Assembly: GCF_009914755.1 (NCBI RefSeq)
Contig: NC_060934.1
DNA: 64,000 nucleotides
Direction: 5' to 3' (one strand)
Source of the DNA: the human T2T-CHM13v2.0 reference genome, Homo sapiens
Shown here: in pieces, positions 28,281 to 43,890 of the stretch
Layout of the letters: every line of letters begins with the position of its first letter
How positions within the stretch are numbered: the first letter of the stretch is position 1
The notes under the pieces: model-generated
Told to the model about the DNA's origin: nothing
Databases searched by the model: none
The model's input: the letters and a program-made list of their open reading frames with translations, nothing else
Position numbers and translations under genes: made by a program

Positions 28281-28849
28281 CTACAAAGAGAAGAAAAATC
28301 AATGGTGAAACAAAAATATTAAAATATGATATGCCAGTGGAATGTGTTACATTATATTACTATATTACTAAATAAGCTAAAGAAACCTGCAAATGGGCAA
28401 AGTAAACCAATCTCACGTTAGATTTTTCAAAGCTCAGGAATATGGACATTTAAAATCCTGCAGGAGCCATAATGTATGTAACACTATGAAACAAAGGTTC
28501 TAAACAGCTCAAGCACTAAGAGCAGATGAAAATACAGGGTTAACGGCTTTCTCCTTTCCACCAGTACCTAAAGTGAGATAATCTTGTTTCATAACTTGTT
28601 TCTGTGTGCCCTTCCCTGGCTCCCTGATGATCATCCCTCACCTAACGGTCGTGCACTGTTTACATTAGGATGCTCATGTGACTGCAGTAATAGGCCTAAT
28701 TTAGATTTCGCCAGTTTTTACATAAATTGGGTTTTGGCATCACATCTAAGAAATTACGCAATGCGCAGATTCGAGTCACAGCAAGTAATGATCACAATTA
28801 GGGCTCAGAGGTGCCCACTGTCACAAAGACACAAATCACCAGCATCAGG

Positions 28850-31800
28850 ATGAAAGTGGCAACATCATTACAGGTTCTATCAACAGGAAAAAGATAACAA
28901 CGGAATATTATGAAAAAGTTCACACTAATACATTACATGAAACAGAAACATTCCTTAAAAGACATAAACCACCAAAGCTCACCCTACAAGAAAGGTAACT
29001 GGTGCATGACTGTAACTTAGTTTTTATATCTTAATCTGACAAAAGATCATCAAAGACTCATATGCTGAAAACTGCAAAACACTGCCAAAAGAACATTTTA
29101 AAGACCTACATAAAGACATATTCTGTGCTTGTGGGTTGTAAAACTTAACACTGGTAGAATGCGTGAATTCTTCTCGAGTGAATTTATACAATCAATGCAA
29201 TCCCAATAAAAACACCAACAGGACTTTTTGAAAAATTGTAATGATGATTCTAAAATTCATATAAAAATGCAAAACATTTACAAGGGCCACAGCAAAGCTG
29301 GAGGTTCTGAACCTACTTTAAGACTCACTATAACGTTACAGTGATTAAGACACTGTAGTGTTAGCATCCAATCAGACAAGTAATCAAGGGAATAAAACAC
29401 ACGTTCCAGAGACCAACACCCACGTGCACGGGCAGTCAATACGACAAGGCCCCAGACACGTGGGGTGCTGCAACAGATGCACACAGGATCCATACCCCAC
29501 ACCATGTACAAACATCAGCACAAAATAGATGACAGACTCGAATGTTCAAATGTAAAACATAAAACTAATAAAAGGAAAACTATCATAACCTTGGACCAAG
29601 CAAAGATTTCTTAGGTACAACACCAAAAGCAAGATCTGTAACACGAAAAAAATTTACAAATTGGACTATATAAAAAATGTCTACTTCTGCTTCTCAAAAG
29701 ACACTGGTAGAACAAAAAAAAAAACAGCTGTACACTTAGAGAGCATATTTGTAAATCACGTGTAATACATATTTAAGTGTACACACATACATCATTGACA
29801 ATGTGACCGTGGAGCAAAGGAGCATCTTTTCAACAAGTGCTGCTAAACCACTCGACATCCACATGCAGAAAATTAATCTAGGTGCAGACCTGGCACCACC
29901 ATTCATAAAAATTAACCCCAAATGGATCATGGACCTAAGTGTAAAATGCAAAACCTTAAGTCCTAGAAAACATAGGAGAAAATCTAGAAGGCCTTGGGTC
30001 TGACAATAACTTCTTAGATACCACACTAAAGGCATGATCCATGAAAAAATTTCATTAAGATTTAAAACTTCTGCTTCGTGAAAGGCAACGTCAACAGGAT
30101 GAGAAGCCATTGACTGATGGAAAATAGTTGCAAAAGACACATCTGATAAAGGACTGTTAACATCAAAATGCACAAAAAACTTTAAAAATCAACAATAAGA
30201 AAATGAACAAGATTAAAAAATGGGCAGAAGACCTGGACAGACACTTCACAAAAGATTTACAGAGGGCGAATCTACATATGGAAAAACGCTTCACATCATA
30301 TGTCATAGGGAATGCAAATTAAGACATCAATGAGATGTCACTGCATACCTGTCAGCACAGCAAAAATCACAAACAATGACACCACCAAATGCTGCCGAGG
30401 ATGTGGAGCAAGAGGAACTCCCATTCACTGCCGATGGGAATGCAAAGTGGTACATCCACTTTGGGAGACACTTTGGTGGCTTCTTACAAAACAAATAATA
30501 TTCTTAGCATATGATCTGGCAATTGTGCTCCTTGGTATTTATCCAAAGGAGCTAAAAAATTATGTCCACACAAAATCTGCATACAGATGTTTATAGCAAC
30601 TTTACTCATAACTGCCAAAACTTGGAAGTAATCAAGATGCACTTCAGTGGGTAGATGGATAAGCAAACTGTGGGACATCCAGACAATGAACTATTATTCC
30701 ACACTAAAAAGAAATGATCTATCAAGCCACGAAAAGACATGGAGGAACCTTCAACATATATTGCTAAGTGAAAGAAGCCAATCTGAAGAGGCTACATCCT
30801 ATAGGATCCAACTCTAGGACATTCTGCAAAAGGCAAAACTACAGAGGCAGTAAAAAGATCAGTGGCTTCCAGTGACTGGGGGAGGCAGGGATGCACGGGT
30901 GGAACTCAGAGGACGTTTAGGTCAGTAAAATTACCCTGTATGATACTGTAATGGTAGATAATGTCCCTATATGGTTGTCTGAACCCATAGAATATACAAT
31001 ACCAAGTGAACCCTTATGTAAACTGTGGACTCCAGGTGACAATGATGTGTCAGTGTTGGTTTCATCAATTATAACAAATGTTCCTCTGCTGCGGAATGTT
31101 CATATGGGAAGAGGCCATGCATGTGTACAGGGGATATAATGGGAGATCTCTGTACTTTGCTTACAATTTTGCTGTGAATCTAAAACTGTTATAAAAAATA
31201 AAGTCTACTTCTAAAGAAAGGACTCAATTGTTAATAAAACTAATAAAGTATGTGTGGGACATCTAAATAGACACTACTGCAAAGAAGAAAAAGGAAGGCA
31301 AATAAGCTCATTTAAAAAATGCTCAACTTCATTAATCATTAGAGAAACAGATGTTAAAGCCTCAACAAGATATCACTATATAGTTATTAGAAAACATAAA
31401 ATTAACATGATTGCATACGAAGTGTCAGAAGGATATGGGGCAACTGGAGCTCTCATCCCTGCTGGTGGTGGCCAACCGTAAAATGGTCCAACCACTTTGG
31501 AAAACAGGCAGGTGGTTTCACAGTTGCTCACACACCTAACCACACAATCCAGACATTCCACTTGTGGCTATTTACCCAAGAGAGAGGGAAGCACATGGTC
31601 ACACGGAGACTTTTACACAAGTGTCCACAGCAATTTGTAGTGGTCAAAACCCGGCAATAACCTAAATGTCTATAACTGCTAGGTGCATAAACCAACTGGG
31701 AATACCCATTTGAGAGAATACTTCCCAGCAAAAAGAAGCAATCACCTACTAATCCAGTAAACAACAATAGTTATGCCAGACCAAAAGAAAGTGATATTGC

Positions 31801-32030
31801 ATAATCGACTCCATTTACATCAAATTTGTAAACACTGCAAGCTAATCCGTAGTGACAGGAAGCAAATCAGTGGTTGCCTGGGGAGGGGGTAGAGGACGCT
31901 TGGCGGGGGTGGGCTGTGATGGCTGTTTGGTATCGTGATTGTGGTAGTTTCATGGGTGTATAAATATGTTAAAACTTACGAAATGTACACTTAGAATGCA
32001 TAATTTATGGTATGTAAATTCTACCTCCAT
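28850..32030 (+). mobile_element. Old L1 ORF2-end/3'UTR fragments (at least two L1M elements, nested)
   Basis: 'aaaaattaaccccaaatggatcatggaccta', 'tccttggtatttatccaaagga', and a 3' end 'gctgtgaatctaaaactg...aaaataaagtcta' at ~31210. Confidence 0.85.
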
Positions 32031-32643
32031 ACAGGCAGGGGTGACACCCTCTGCACTTCATGCCTCGCCCAACTCACCTGCCCCCATGACGTGACACTGA
32101 ATGATGAGCTTCAATCCCGTTCATGCTTTCACACCATCTCCGTGCTCCTCTGAACCCACAAAAATTCCTGTGCTTCAGCTTTACACACCCCCAAGCTTTA
32201 TATACATGGTATCACCTTGCACAAATTTGGAAATACGCTTTTATAAACATTATAATTTTAAAATTTATTCTTGTTGGAATATGTAGGCCTAGCTCACTGT
32301 AACAGCTCTGGTACTCACTGTGTGTATATAACACAACGTATTTATTCTGGTGACAAATATTTTAGCATGTCTTTTTAATTAGCAGTTCAGTTACATGAAG
32401 GGTGAAAACAGCCCTTGACTCAGACATACTGGGACACGCACATTGTGTTTACTGTGACATTAAAAATAATCTGGAAATGTAACTTATGCAACTTAACACA
32501 AGAGCTGCACTATTCAAAGGAAAATCATTCAGACAATCTTGAGTTTAATTTGTAAAAAGATAAAATTAAATATTCATCAAATATCTGCTGTGTGTCTGAG
32601 TCTCTGCTAGGTAATTTGGGCACAAGATCTAAACATAAGATGA

Positions 32644-32940
32644 GGCCAGGCATGGTGGCTCACACCTGTAATCTCAGGACTTTGGGAGACTGAAGTGGGC
32701 AGATCACTTCAGGTCAGAAGTTTGAGACCAGCCCTGCCAATGTGGTAAAACCTCGTCTCTACTAAAAGTACAAAAAATTAGCTGGGCGTGGTGGTGCACG
32801 CTTGTAATGCCCAGCTACTTGGGAGGCTGAGGTAGGAGAATTGCTTCAACACAGGAGGCAGAGTTGCGATGAGCTGAGATGACACCACTGCACTCCAGCC
32901 TTGGCGACAGAGTGAGATTCCATCTCAAAAATAAATAAAT
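32644..32940 (+). mobile_element. Alu (AluS-like)
   Basis: Full dimer. Confidence 0.93.
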
Positions 32941-33921
32941 TCATTCGTCCATTCAACTTAATTTAAAAAAAAAGTAAGATGAGAACTTTGCTCCTGCGGA
33001 CCTATTTATGACATTTTCATCCTCTTAAGAGCTACAATGAATGCAATAACTTGCTAACTATATTCTTGTCACATAGGTTCTTACAAAGGCATGTACATTT
33101 CTGTCCAAAAATCGAGTGAAAAAAGACAAAATGAGAAACTAAAGAGCTCAGTGCAAATGGATAAAAGTTAAGTCATAAAAAAGGCGGGAGGAGATGGGAC
33201 GAAATAGGTGACAAGCCTGCCCTGGATCGCCTATGGGCAGGTGGGCTCTGTTAAGCAAGCACACAGAGCAATTTAATATCCTCATGGTTGGTGGAAACGA
33301 CCCCTTGCCAGTAACAATCAACTGAGAAATCATCCCAGTGGGGCAGCAGCGTTTGCAAGGTCTGTCCGAAAAGGAATAACTAAACCTGAAACTCCTAATC
33401 ATAACCAAAAAGACTTCAGAGTACAAACAGGGACAAGAATGCTGCTGGCCTTTCAAAGATGGGGCCCAATTCAGCTGGCACAGACAACAGCTTCTGTTCT
33501 GCATGATGACACCAGGGAGCACGGCGCCATCCTGGGAGACAGCAGTGCCGCTCTCAGAACTCACAGTCAATGGTAATTATGTTTGTCAGTTTTTTCACTG
33601 TCTCCAATAATTTAATAACCCATGCTATTTGTCTAAAAACAGAAAAACATAAAACTTTTATTTTATATTTTATTTGTGAAAAGAAAATCCAACTAAGTTC
33701 TCATGTAAGATGCTCACTTTTTTATACTACTGTAAAGTCAAATTCATACAAGAAAAAAAAAAAACCTGCACAGACTGTCGTCAGTACAGATAAGCCAGGG
33801 ACAACGTGAAAACCCTTCTATGTGAGTATAGGCAGTGGACTTAATTGAGACTTGAAGTCAGGCTTAGCAATGTCCAATCACTCAAAACTATGTAGGGGCA
33901 CCATCCACACTTAATGCTTAA

Positions 33922-34269
<348 letters not shown>

Positions 34270-34705
34270 CACAACATAATTTTAAGAAAAATTGCAATAA
34301 TTATTTCATCCGAACATAAACAGGAAGTTGCAATTTGAAAGAAAAACCTCTAGTGGTAAAACTGTAACTAAAGTGTATTTTACTTTAACTATAAATGTTA
34401 TTTTTATTTTGTTTTTCATGAATGAAACAGCTATCTTTAAAATCCCCATTAACAAGATTCTTTTCTACTTCATATGTCCCAAAACTTGTTTGAGGTTTCA
34501 TAACGGGTTCAACTGGCATTCCCAGGGACTATCAGGCGCTACTCCAGAATTATTGGACCTGGGCAGAAAGGAACGGAAGGCCAGAAAAGAATCTGATTCG
34601 CCATCAAGGACCTTAACGTTTGATGGCTATAGATTTAAAGGTTCATGCTGATAAGACAAATACTCTAAGGACAAGTATTATTAATTTAAATTGTCATTTA
34701 CTTAC

Positions 34706-34842
34706 ATCTTAGCACTTCCACAATCAAGTCCACATCAGTGCTGAGCTTCTTGATGTGGTCGAGGTTAGCCACCGTTGTGATTGGCACATACTGGTCACTA
34801 TCCATCTGTGATATAAGATACATGTCACTAGCAAGGTTCTCC
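34706..34842 (-). CDS. LARP4B: LARP4B exon ENLASD...VEVLR (La motif)
   Basis: Acceptor acag|G; donor T|gtaagt; 137 nt. Confidence 0.96.
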
Positions 34843-35190
34843 CTGTTGAAAGAAAACAATCTCTTTTAATCAGTATTTCTTTAAAAGGAAGTTTCACCTA
34901 CTGTAATTCCAGTTTCACAAGAGGCGTGAGTGTGGCATGGTATTGCTTTGGAGTTAAATCTCAGCCCAGGACCCATCTGTTATTTGCTGTCTCTCCAGCC
35001 TCAGGTACATTTTTGCAAAATCTCGGCCTTGGAGAGGCAGGGAGTGCAAAAGTAAAAGTATACTGTACTTTCTACAATCAAAATTTATGAGAAGATGGTT
35101 ATTTTTAAATAAGATGTAATTATTTATAGCTGTCATTTTTGTCCTAAGAAGTAGCTTAAGAGTTTATTAAAAATGCATACAATTTTGTTA

Positions 35191-35492
<302 letters not shown>

Positions 35493-36750
35493 CAATTTAA
35501 AGTAAAGAAATCCAGCTCAATGAACAAGAAAGGAAAACATAAAAAGGCCAGGATAAGGTCATACCCAAAATTCCTCCTGTAGACTCTGGAACACTCACCA
35601 GAGGGCCTATATCCAGCCCTGGCTTCCTAGCAGCCAGAATTAAAAAGAAGGAAACAGTAACTTTACCCACAAAATCCAAAGGTGAGCCACAAATCATCAG
35701 CAGTTTGGGCCATGATGAGCTATTTTCTGGTGTTTTGGCCAAAGATCAATGTTTCCTGTGAATTCTCAAGGCATCATGTAATGTAGTGAACAAGGCCCTA
35801 AGAAACATTTCAAAACTGAGCACAGTGCTGGGTTCCTGGGGCCTCTGCTCAGTGTCCCTCGGTGAAGGCCCATGACTGCCGATCAAACGGAGGCCATGCA
35901 GGAGGAGGCCCTGCTCCACCCTCATCTCGGCCATCTTCCAGGTGTAGCTGATTCTGGCCCCATGGGGCTACACATGGATGTGAGTGGCAGAGAGCTCACA
36001 CTTGTGCTCCACTAGGGCGTTCCACTGGTGCCCCTGCACCTTTTGCGTCTACCATGTCATGGTGCGGTATTCTCAGACTCCAATCATGGAACAGCATGGG
36101 CATGGGGAGGAGGCCAGCAGAGCCCCTCACACCTCCACCTCATACACCCCACAGGCTTCAAGGAGCCCCTAGCAGACACCTGTGTGGAATCCTCAGGGCT
36201 CCAGAGAAAACACCTGGAAAATCATCATCGACAGAAAACCTTATACACGGCCCATCGGTTGTTGTCATACTCAGAGAAATTACATCAAACCCAATCCCAT
36301 CCTCCTTTATGTCCAGTTCTGCCATTGGAACTTTAAAGGTTTTACTAAGAAAAGGGTATTATTCAGGGGAAAGAAAAATGATTAAAAATGAGTGTTACAT
36401 AAATAAAACAACTTGCTATCTCAGTGTCTGGTGTGCTTTCAGAAACAACGTGGCACACTTGTTCTCCAACTTCAGTGTGAGGAAGTCTGACTCGGCAGCA
36501 CAGGGCGGGCGGGGCACTTTAGACGCATTCCAGACAGTGACCACCGAGACCACTGGGGACCACAGACATGAAGGTTACGTTCCATGCTCAAATGTCAAAA
36601 GACTGTCATTACTCAATATTCCACGTCTTCATATACATATATATGGATATGAGTAGATACTCCTTCATAAAATATCACATTTGTATATACTTTAACTATT
36701 TGCACAATACTAGAAATATCAGGTACTAGAAAAACCACCACCAGCCTTAC

Positions 36751-36829
36751 CTAGATAAGCAGAATTCCAATGTTTTTTTAAGTACTTCTCGGGGGTCTTC
36801 CTGGCTGTCTGGTTGAGACTCATTTCCTC
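36751..36829 (-). CDS. LARP4B: LARP4B exon GNESQ...FCLSR (start of La motif)
   Basis: Acceptor gtag|GA; donor AG|gtaagg; 79 nt. Confidence 0.95.
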
Positions 36830-37949
36830 CTACATAAAAGTAATAATCAACTTAGGAAAACCGGCTTAAAATTTAGGAAGCAGATAATTCAGTACAGCAG
36901 TTCTAATGCTTTCAACTTACGTTCTGACACAACTACGTAAGTGTATCCTAAGTAAGAAAAATGCTACTTTACCTATCAAAAAAGTAAATCATGCAAAAAA
37001 ACCTATCCCTTTATCCCCCAAAACAAAAACAGCACAGTTTAGAAAAATAATCTAAGTCTCATTAGCAGAGTTCAGCAGGGGCTTTTTCTACCAGAAATGA
37101 CAAGTGTAAGCTTAGTTAATGCCTTGTCTCACTGCAAAAAGAATTTTCAAGTAACCTACACAAACACAAACCCTAAACAATAATAAAATACAGAGGAAAA
37201 AATTAAAACAACAACAACAAAGATAACCAGCAAAAAACCAAGGCTGGAGATCAAACAGGCTCTAGGACTAGACAGTTTCTACAACAGAGGCTTCAATTTG
37301 CCTTCCAACTTCCAGAGTCGAAGGAACAAGTGAGAATTGTCATGTTACAGAATTCCTGTAAGAGAATGATAAATAAACCAGATCTTCAAGAGGAAACAAA
37401 AGCTGGTTCTAAATCCTGGAAGAAATTTCTAAGAAGATGCCAGAGGGCATGGTGTGTGTGGTCACAGGCAGCACAGGGCTGTGAATTTGGAGCTCTAGAA
37501 GACACTGCATAAACTGCTGGACTCCGGACACTGCATAAAGAGGTATTTTAATAATGTTGCGATGACAGGCACTGAAATGCTAAGAACTAAGTTTTTCCTG
37601 CCTTCCTATATAAATTAGCATGGTACAATCATATAAGAGCCATGCTAACACAAGAGACACTTGTATCTTAAAAGTCAAAGTTAAAGACCATGAAAAGGCA
37701 AAGACAAAGTGGGGCGTTCAGGACAAATGAGAGGGATAGAGAGTTTGTATGGTGTTATACAATGAGCTTAGTAAAAATCCACCCCCATCAGCAAAAAGAA
37801 ACCAAAACTGCTAAAGTAACCATAACACAAAACCAAATCATGGGACTCAATGAGACTGAAAATGGAAAATTGAAAACACAACCTGATGCCACTGTCCATC
37901 TAGACTAAGGTGTCTCCGGGTCACTCATCTAAATTCACACTCCACTCCC

Positions 37950-39000
37950 CATGTTTAATAGGTATTTACTAAATATTTCCAAGTGCCAGGCACTACTGCA
38001 GGCTCTGTGAATTCAGCCTGAATAACGCAAAGCCTGTGCTCTCGTGAAGCCAACACTCTGGTGGGAGAGGCAGATAACAGACAGTTAACCAGTAACTATA
38101 CACATCATGTCAGAGAGAAACGGACACTGAGGAAACAACCCAGGATGAGGGGCAGCAAGGCCTGGTGCCATCCAGACAGGAAGTGCCATATGATCTGATA
38201 GAGGAGGGGTGGGGCACACAGGAAGGTGGGAAGTGTGTTCTAAATGGGGAGCCTCAAGCACAGGGGTCCCAAGGTGGGGCCTCTCAAGGGGTAGAGTCCA
38301 GCAGTAGGAGGCCAGCACAGCTGAGAAGAGGGGTGACAGACACAGTAAGAAATGAGGTCACAGAGGCCGGTGTGTGTGAGTGAGATCAAGGAGGACGTTA
38401 AAGTAACCTAAACGTAATAGAAAATCAATTCAAGGCTGACATTTTGAAAATATCTCTCTGGTTCCATGGTGTAGACAGACTGTGCAGGCACCAGCCGGAA
38501 GATAATGCAATCACTGAGGACAGGGCACTAGGGAGGACTCTCCAAGCGATAGGTGGTGCCGAAGCCACAAGGGAAGGAAGAAAAGCAGCCCAGGACTGAA
38601 CCCGGGACACTCCCACCTTCAGCAGGAGGCAAGCGCATGAGGGCCAAGGGACACAGGCTCACAGCCAGCAAGGTGGGAAGACCACTAGGATACTGTGAAG
38701 TTAGGAGCCAAGAGAATCATCCACTATAACATGACACAGTAGAGCCAGGTAAGTTAAGAAGTTGAAACTAACTACTAGATCTGGCTGCACCAGGGTCATT
38801 AAAGAGCTCGACAAATGCTGCTTAGGACAACTGTCTACCTGGACTGGACTCAAGAGGGAATGGAAGCAAGGAGACCTGGACTGCACTCAAGAGGGAATGG
38901 AAGCAAGGAGATGGGACAGCAAGCAGACAGCTGAAGTGTTCTACAGTGGAAGATGGGCTGCCCGGGGTGGCTTCACCTAAGATGAGAGATAATACCACCT
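37950..39000 (-). mobile_element. L2 fragment
   Basis: L2 3'-end signature 'tttaataggtatttactaaatatttccaagtgccaggcact' followed by a purine-rich L2-like body. Confidence 0.65.
38837..38910. repeat. 37-bp tandem duplication (one mismatch)
   Basis: acctggactg(g/c)actcaagagggaatggaagcaaggag x2. Confidence 0.92.
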
Positions 39001-39291
39001 TAGAAAGATGGGGAGTGACCCAACCATGCAAGAAACACCCGGCACTGCAGACAGAGGACACTGAGGAGCAAAGACAATGACAAGTGAGACGGGCTCTCAG
39101 GGAGACTGGAGGTTGGGCACATGGTGTTGGTAAGACACAGGCCATCTGCCTCCAGGTAGATGGAGTCACAGGGGCTAGGTTAACTTTCCCTTTAAAACCA
39201 CCAAGAAACCAAATAAGACAGATGAAATGACAGTTTTCCAGATGTGGGACATAGAGCAACAAAGGACATAGATTCCTATGTGACATGAAAC

Positions 39292-39602
39292 TTTTTTCTT
39301 TTTTTTTTTTGAGACGGAGCCTTGCTCTGTCACCCAGACTGGAGTGCAGTAGCGCGATCTTGCAACCTTGGCTCACTGCAACCTCCACCTCCCGGGTTCA
39401 AGTGATTCTCCTACCTCAGCCTCCTGAGTAGCGGGGATTACAGGCGCACACCACCAGGCCCAGCTAATTTTTTTTGGTATTTTTAGTAGAGACAGGGTTT
39501 CACCATGTTGGTCAGGCTGGTCTCGAACTCCTGCCCTCGTGATCTGCCCACCTCAGCCTCCCAAAGTGCTGGGATTCCAGGCGTGAGCCACCGTGCCCAG
39601 CT
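39292..39602 (-). mobile_element. Alu (AluS-like)
   Basis: Full dimer; TSD tgacatga. Confidence 0.94.
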
Positions 39603-42600
39603 TGACATGAGACATTAAAGTAACCCCCACAAGTCCAGCCCACTGCCCTGAGGGAAGTCCCAGGCTGTGCCCAGGGAGTGGGAAGTCAGGTGGGAACCCA
39701 GTGTATGGCTGTGTGGAAGAGAAAAAGAGAATGCAGGAGATAGGGAGGCTGATTGCATAGGCCAGACAGCAGGAGGAGCTCCAGAGAACCACAGGGCCCA
39801 GGACCCATCACGTTGTCAGCCAGGTTCTTTGCAAAGCACGGATGTGATGAAACTACCCAAGGCTCGTGGAAGAACCACCTGAGGGGATCAGAAGTATAAC
39901 AATATATGTCATTCACGTGCAGAGCCTGAAATGGTTAACCCTCCCCACCAGAAACTCTTGTGATTCCCGGAGCCCTGCCTCGGTGATAGGAACAGGCCCC
40001 ACACAGCACCGTCCCACTCACACCTAACATCTTAAAAACAAGATATGAAAGGATCACACTGTTTCCAAGAAACCTGGCTGCATCCCAGAACAAATATCAA
40101 ATATTTAAAGAAATACAAAAATACTAAGCCCTGAATACAGTAAAACTCAATCTAACCAAAAATTACCATGCATGCAAAGAAAGAAGCAGGAAGATATGAC
40201 CCATGACAATGAGAAGTATCAACCAACAGAAGCCAATCCAGAACTGACACAGATGTTAAAATTAACTGAAAAGGATGTTAAAAGTTATCATAACTGTATT
40301 CCATATGTTCACGAAGTCAGGTAAGGACATAAAAGTTATTAAAAAAAAAAAAGAAAAAACTTATAGAGATGAAAACTCCAATGTCTGATATTAAAAATAC
40401 TTGATGAGATTAACAACAGGGTAAACATTACAGCAGACTCGGGAACCTGAAGACACAGTAACAGAAGCTTCCCAAAATCAAACAGAAAAATGAGAAGCAC
40501 AACCAGCTGAGAGGATCAGCAAGCTGCGGACAACATCGAGCAGCTGAGCTCAAGTGTAACAGCAGACCCTGGTATAGTCAGCCCTCAACACAGAGAAAAT
40601 CTACACACAGGAGTAGAGAGCACCAGAAACCGCCATGACATGGACAAACACGTATGCTGTTTTGCTTGTTACAGTTTCAATCTCTTTTAAAAATAACTGA
40701 CTTTTAAATAAAAATAAAAACATATATTGTCAGTTTATAGCATAAGTAACTGCAAAAGGCATGATGACCAAAGCATCCGGGCCACGAGAGAAACGGCGGC
40801 AGACTGCCCTGATGCTGTGCTCTATGTGAAGCAGCACGCAGCCACCTCAAGGTAGACTGTGTTAGCCGGAGGAAGTGGAGCAAAACGCAAAGAAATCATT
40901 AAAACAGCGAAACAAAGAAGAAGGCTGCTCCAAAGGAAAACAGAAAAAAAGGGAAAGAGGAACGAAGAACACATGGGACAAAAAGAAACAGAACACGTCT
41001 AGCACTCAATCTTGGTTTCTGATATCACTGTCCAATGAAGGACCCAGCGCTCCTTGGAGAAATGGCTGATTCTAAGGCTGAAGCAAGGAGAAACAAAACA
41101 AAACAAAATAACCACAAAAAAACCCTATGTTGATGGGGCATGTCAAAGGGAGCCGACCAGAACTCCTGATGGCCAAAGCTAGAAGAACAATTTGAGCAAC
41201 AAAATAAAGCAGTACTGGATTATAACCAAAAGTATAAAACAAACATTCTGGAATCCACACTGCTATAAAGAGTTGAATAAGTAAATAAATAAAGGAGAAG
41301 AGACAAATCTCCCATACATAAGAATTTTAAATAATTTACGAAGATTCGTGTCCTCATGGAGGGGGACCATAAATCCCCAACTCCTTAAGTGTGGGCTGTA
41401 CGCAGCGACTTCCTTCCAAACAGTACAACATGGAAATGGGGAGGGAAAGGGTAACTTCATAGTGAGAAACCCAGTAAACAGCCAGGTGATCAAGATCAAC
41501 ACCAACAGTGGTAAGTCACGTTGACAATGTGCACCCTTGATATATGTGATAAAAGTGGTGTTTTACCTTCTCAAACCCATTACCACTATAGTATCATAAT
41601 GAGGAAAACATCAAATTCTAATAGAAGAGAATGTTGTTACAAAATACTTGACTAGTACTCTTCAGAACTATTATATCAAAACTACCACAAACAAGGAAAG
41701 CCTGGGAAACTGTTACAGCCAAGAGGAGCCTAAGGAGACGTAACAATGAAATATAATGTGGTTCTCAGCTGAGATCCCGCAACAGAAAAAGGACGTTAGG
41801 TTACGATGTATCACTACTGGTTCAGTGATTGGGACAAATGTACCATATTAATGCAAGATGTCGGTAATAGGAAAAACTGGGTGCCAGGTATATGGGAATT
41901 CTGTGTGTTCAATCATCTCAATTTTTCTAAGTCTAAAACTATTCTAAAACAAATAGCAAGATGAGAGACCTAAACCTAACCAAAGCAATTACCACACTAA
42001 ATGTTAACGTTCTAAATAGAAGACAAAAAAGCAAAACCCAAATGTTATGTTATCTACAACAAATGCACTTTATTAAATACACAAATAGCTTAAAGTAAAA
42101 AGGATATAAGATATACCATATTAAGGCTAGTCAAAAGAAACCTGGAGTGATTACATTAATGTGAGACAAAGTAAATTGAGAGCAAAGACTATTACTAAAG
42201 ATAAAGAGAGGGGTCAATGAATCAAGAGGCCACAAAAAAGTCTTCAAAATACGTGAAGCAAAAACTGATAAAACTAAAAGGATAAACAGACAAATGCAAA
42301 AATTAACAGAACCTTTCTTTCAATAGTTGACAGAACAAGTAGACAGAAATCAGAAAGAGTACATTAATCTTGAACACTACCACTCAACTTGACCTCATTA
42401 ACACTGACAAAATATTCCCCATAGCAACAGCAAAACACATATTCTTCTCAAGGACAAATGGAATATTTAACAAGACAGCCCATATTTGAAGCCATAAAAT
42501 AAGACTTAATATATTTAAAGAAATTCAAGTCATACAAAGTATGTTCTTTGACCACAATGAAATTAAACTAGAAATTAATAAAAGAAAGATCCCTGGAAAA

Positions 42601-42939
42601 CCCCCAAATATTTGTAAACTAAATCAAATATCTCTAAATTATCTATGAGTCAAAGAAAAAAAATCAAAAAAGAAATACAGTATTTGGAAGTAACTGAAAA
42701 TGAAAACAATGCATCTAAATTTGAGAGATTCTGCTTAAGCACTACTTATGGGGAAAATAGTAAAACTAAATGACTATATCAGAAAATAAGAAAGGCCTCA
42801 TATTAATGAGCTCTGCTTCCACCTTAGGACACAGAAGAAAGGGTAAATTAAACCCAAAGAAATCGTAAGAGAGTATATTACAAACATCAGAAGAAAGAAT
42901 GAAATAGGAAAGAGTAAAACAAATGAGAAAAATCGATAA

Positions 42940-43256
<317 letters not shown>

Positions 43257-43556
43257 AGAAAACACCTTTTGATAAGGTCAATAAAACTAACAAACCTCTA
43301 CCCAGACTGATTGGGATTATAAAGAAGACACAAATTACCAATAACAGAGATGAGTGATGTAACATGACTACAGATTTCACAGGTGATAACAGAGTATTAT
43401 GAACAACTCTGTGCTGTAAATCCCACAACTCAGATGAAATAGACCAAATCTTTGTAACTATATAAACCAAAGCTCCCTCAAGAAGAAATAAATGAGTAGC
43501 ACTATGAAAAAATAAACTGTAGTTGAAAGCTTTCCCACAAATAAAACTCCTGCCCA

Positions 43557-43890
43557 GGTGGGACGCAGTGGCTCATGCTTGTAATCTCAGCATCTAGAGA
43601 GGCTGAGGTGAGCGGATCGCTTGAGCTCAGGAGTTTGGAGACCAGCCTGGGTAACATGGTGAAACTCCATCTCTACAGAAAATACAAAAATAAGCCAGGC
43701 GTGGTGGTGTGCTACTGTAGTCCCAGCTACTTGGGAGGCTAAGGCGGGAGAATCGCCTGAGACCGGGAGGTTGGGACTGAGTGAGCCATGATGATGCTAC
43801 TGCACTCAAGCCTGGGTGGCAGAGCAAGACTCTGTGAGCAACTAAACTAAGTAAGTTTAGTAAGTAAGAAAGGAAAGAAGAAAAAAGGAA
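43557..43890 (+). mobile_element. Alu (AluJ-like)
   Basis: 'ggatcgcttgagctcaggagtt'; TSD aaaactcctgccca. Confidence 0.92.

Noticed and set aside
34590-34637. Small hairpin gccatcaa-N12-ttgatggc near the La-motif exon donor
   Set aside because: Only an 8-bp core stem; no snoRNA boxes or pre-miRNA-length pairing that I could verify.
36054-36656. 200-aa plus-strand ORF
   Set aside because: GTG start, no recognisable domain, antisense intronic; [14 protein letters not shown] chance.
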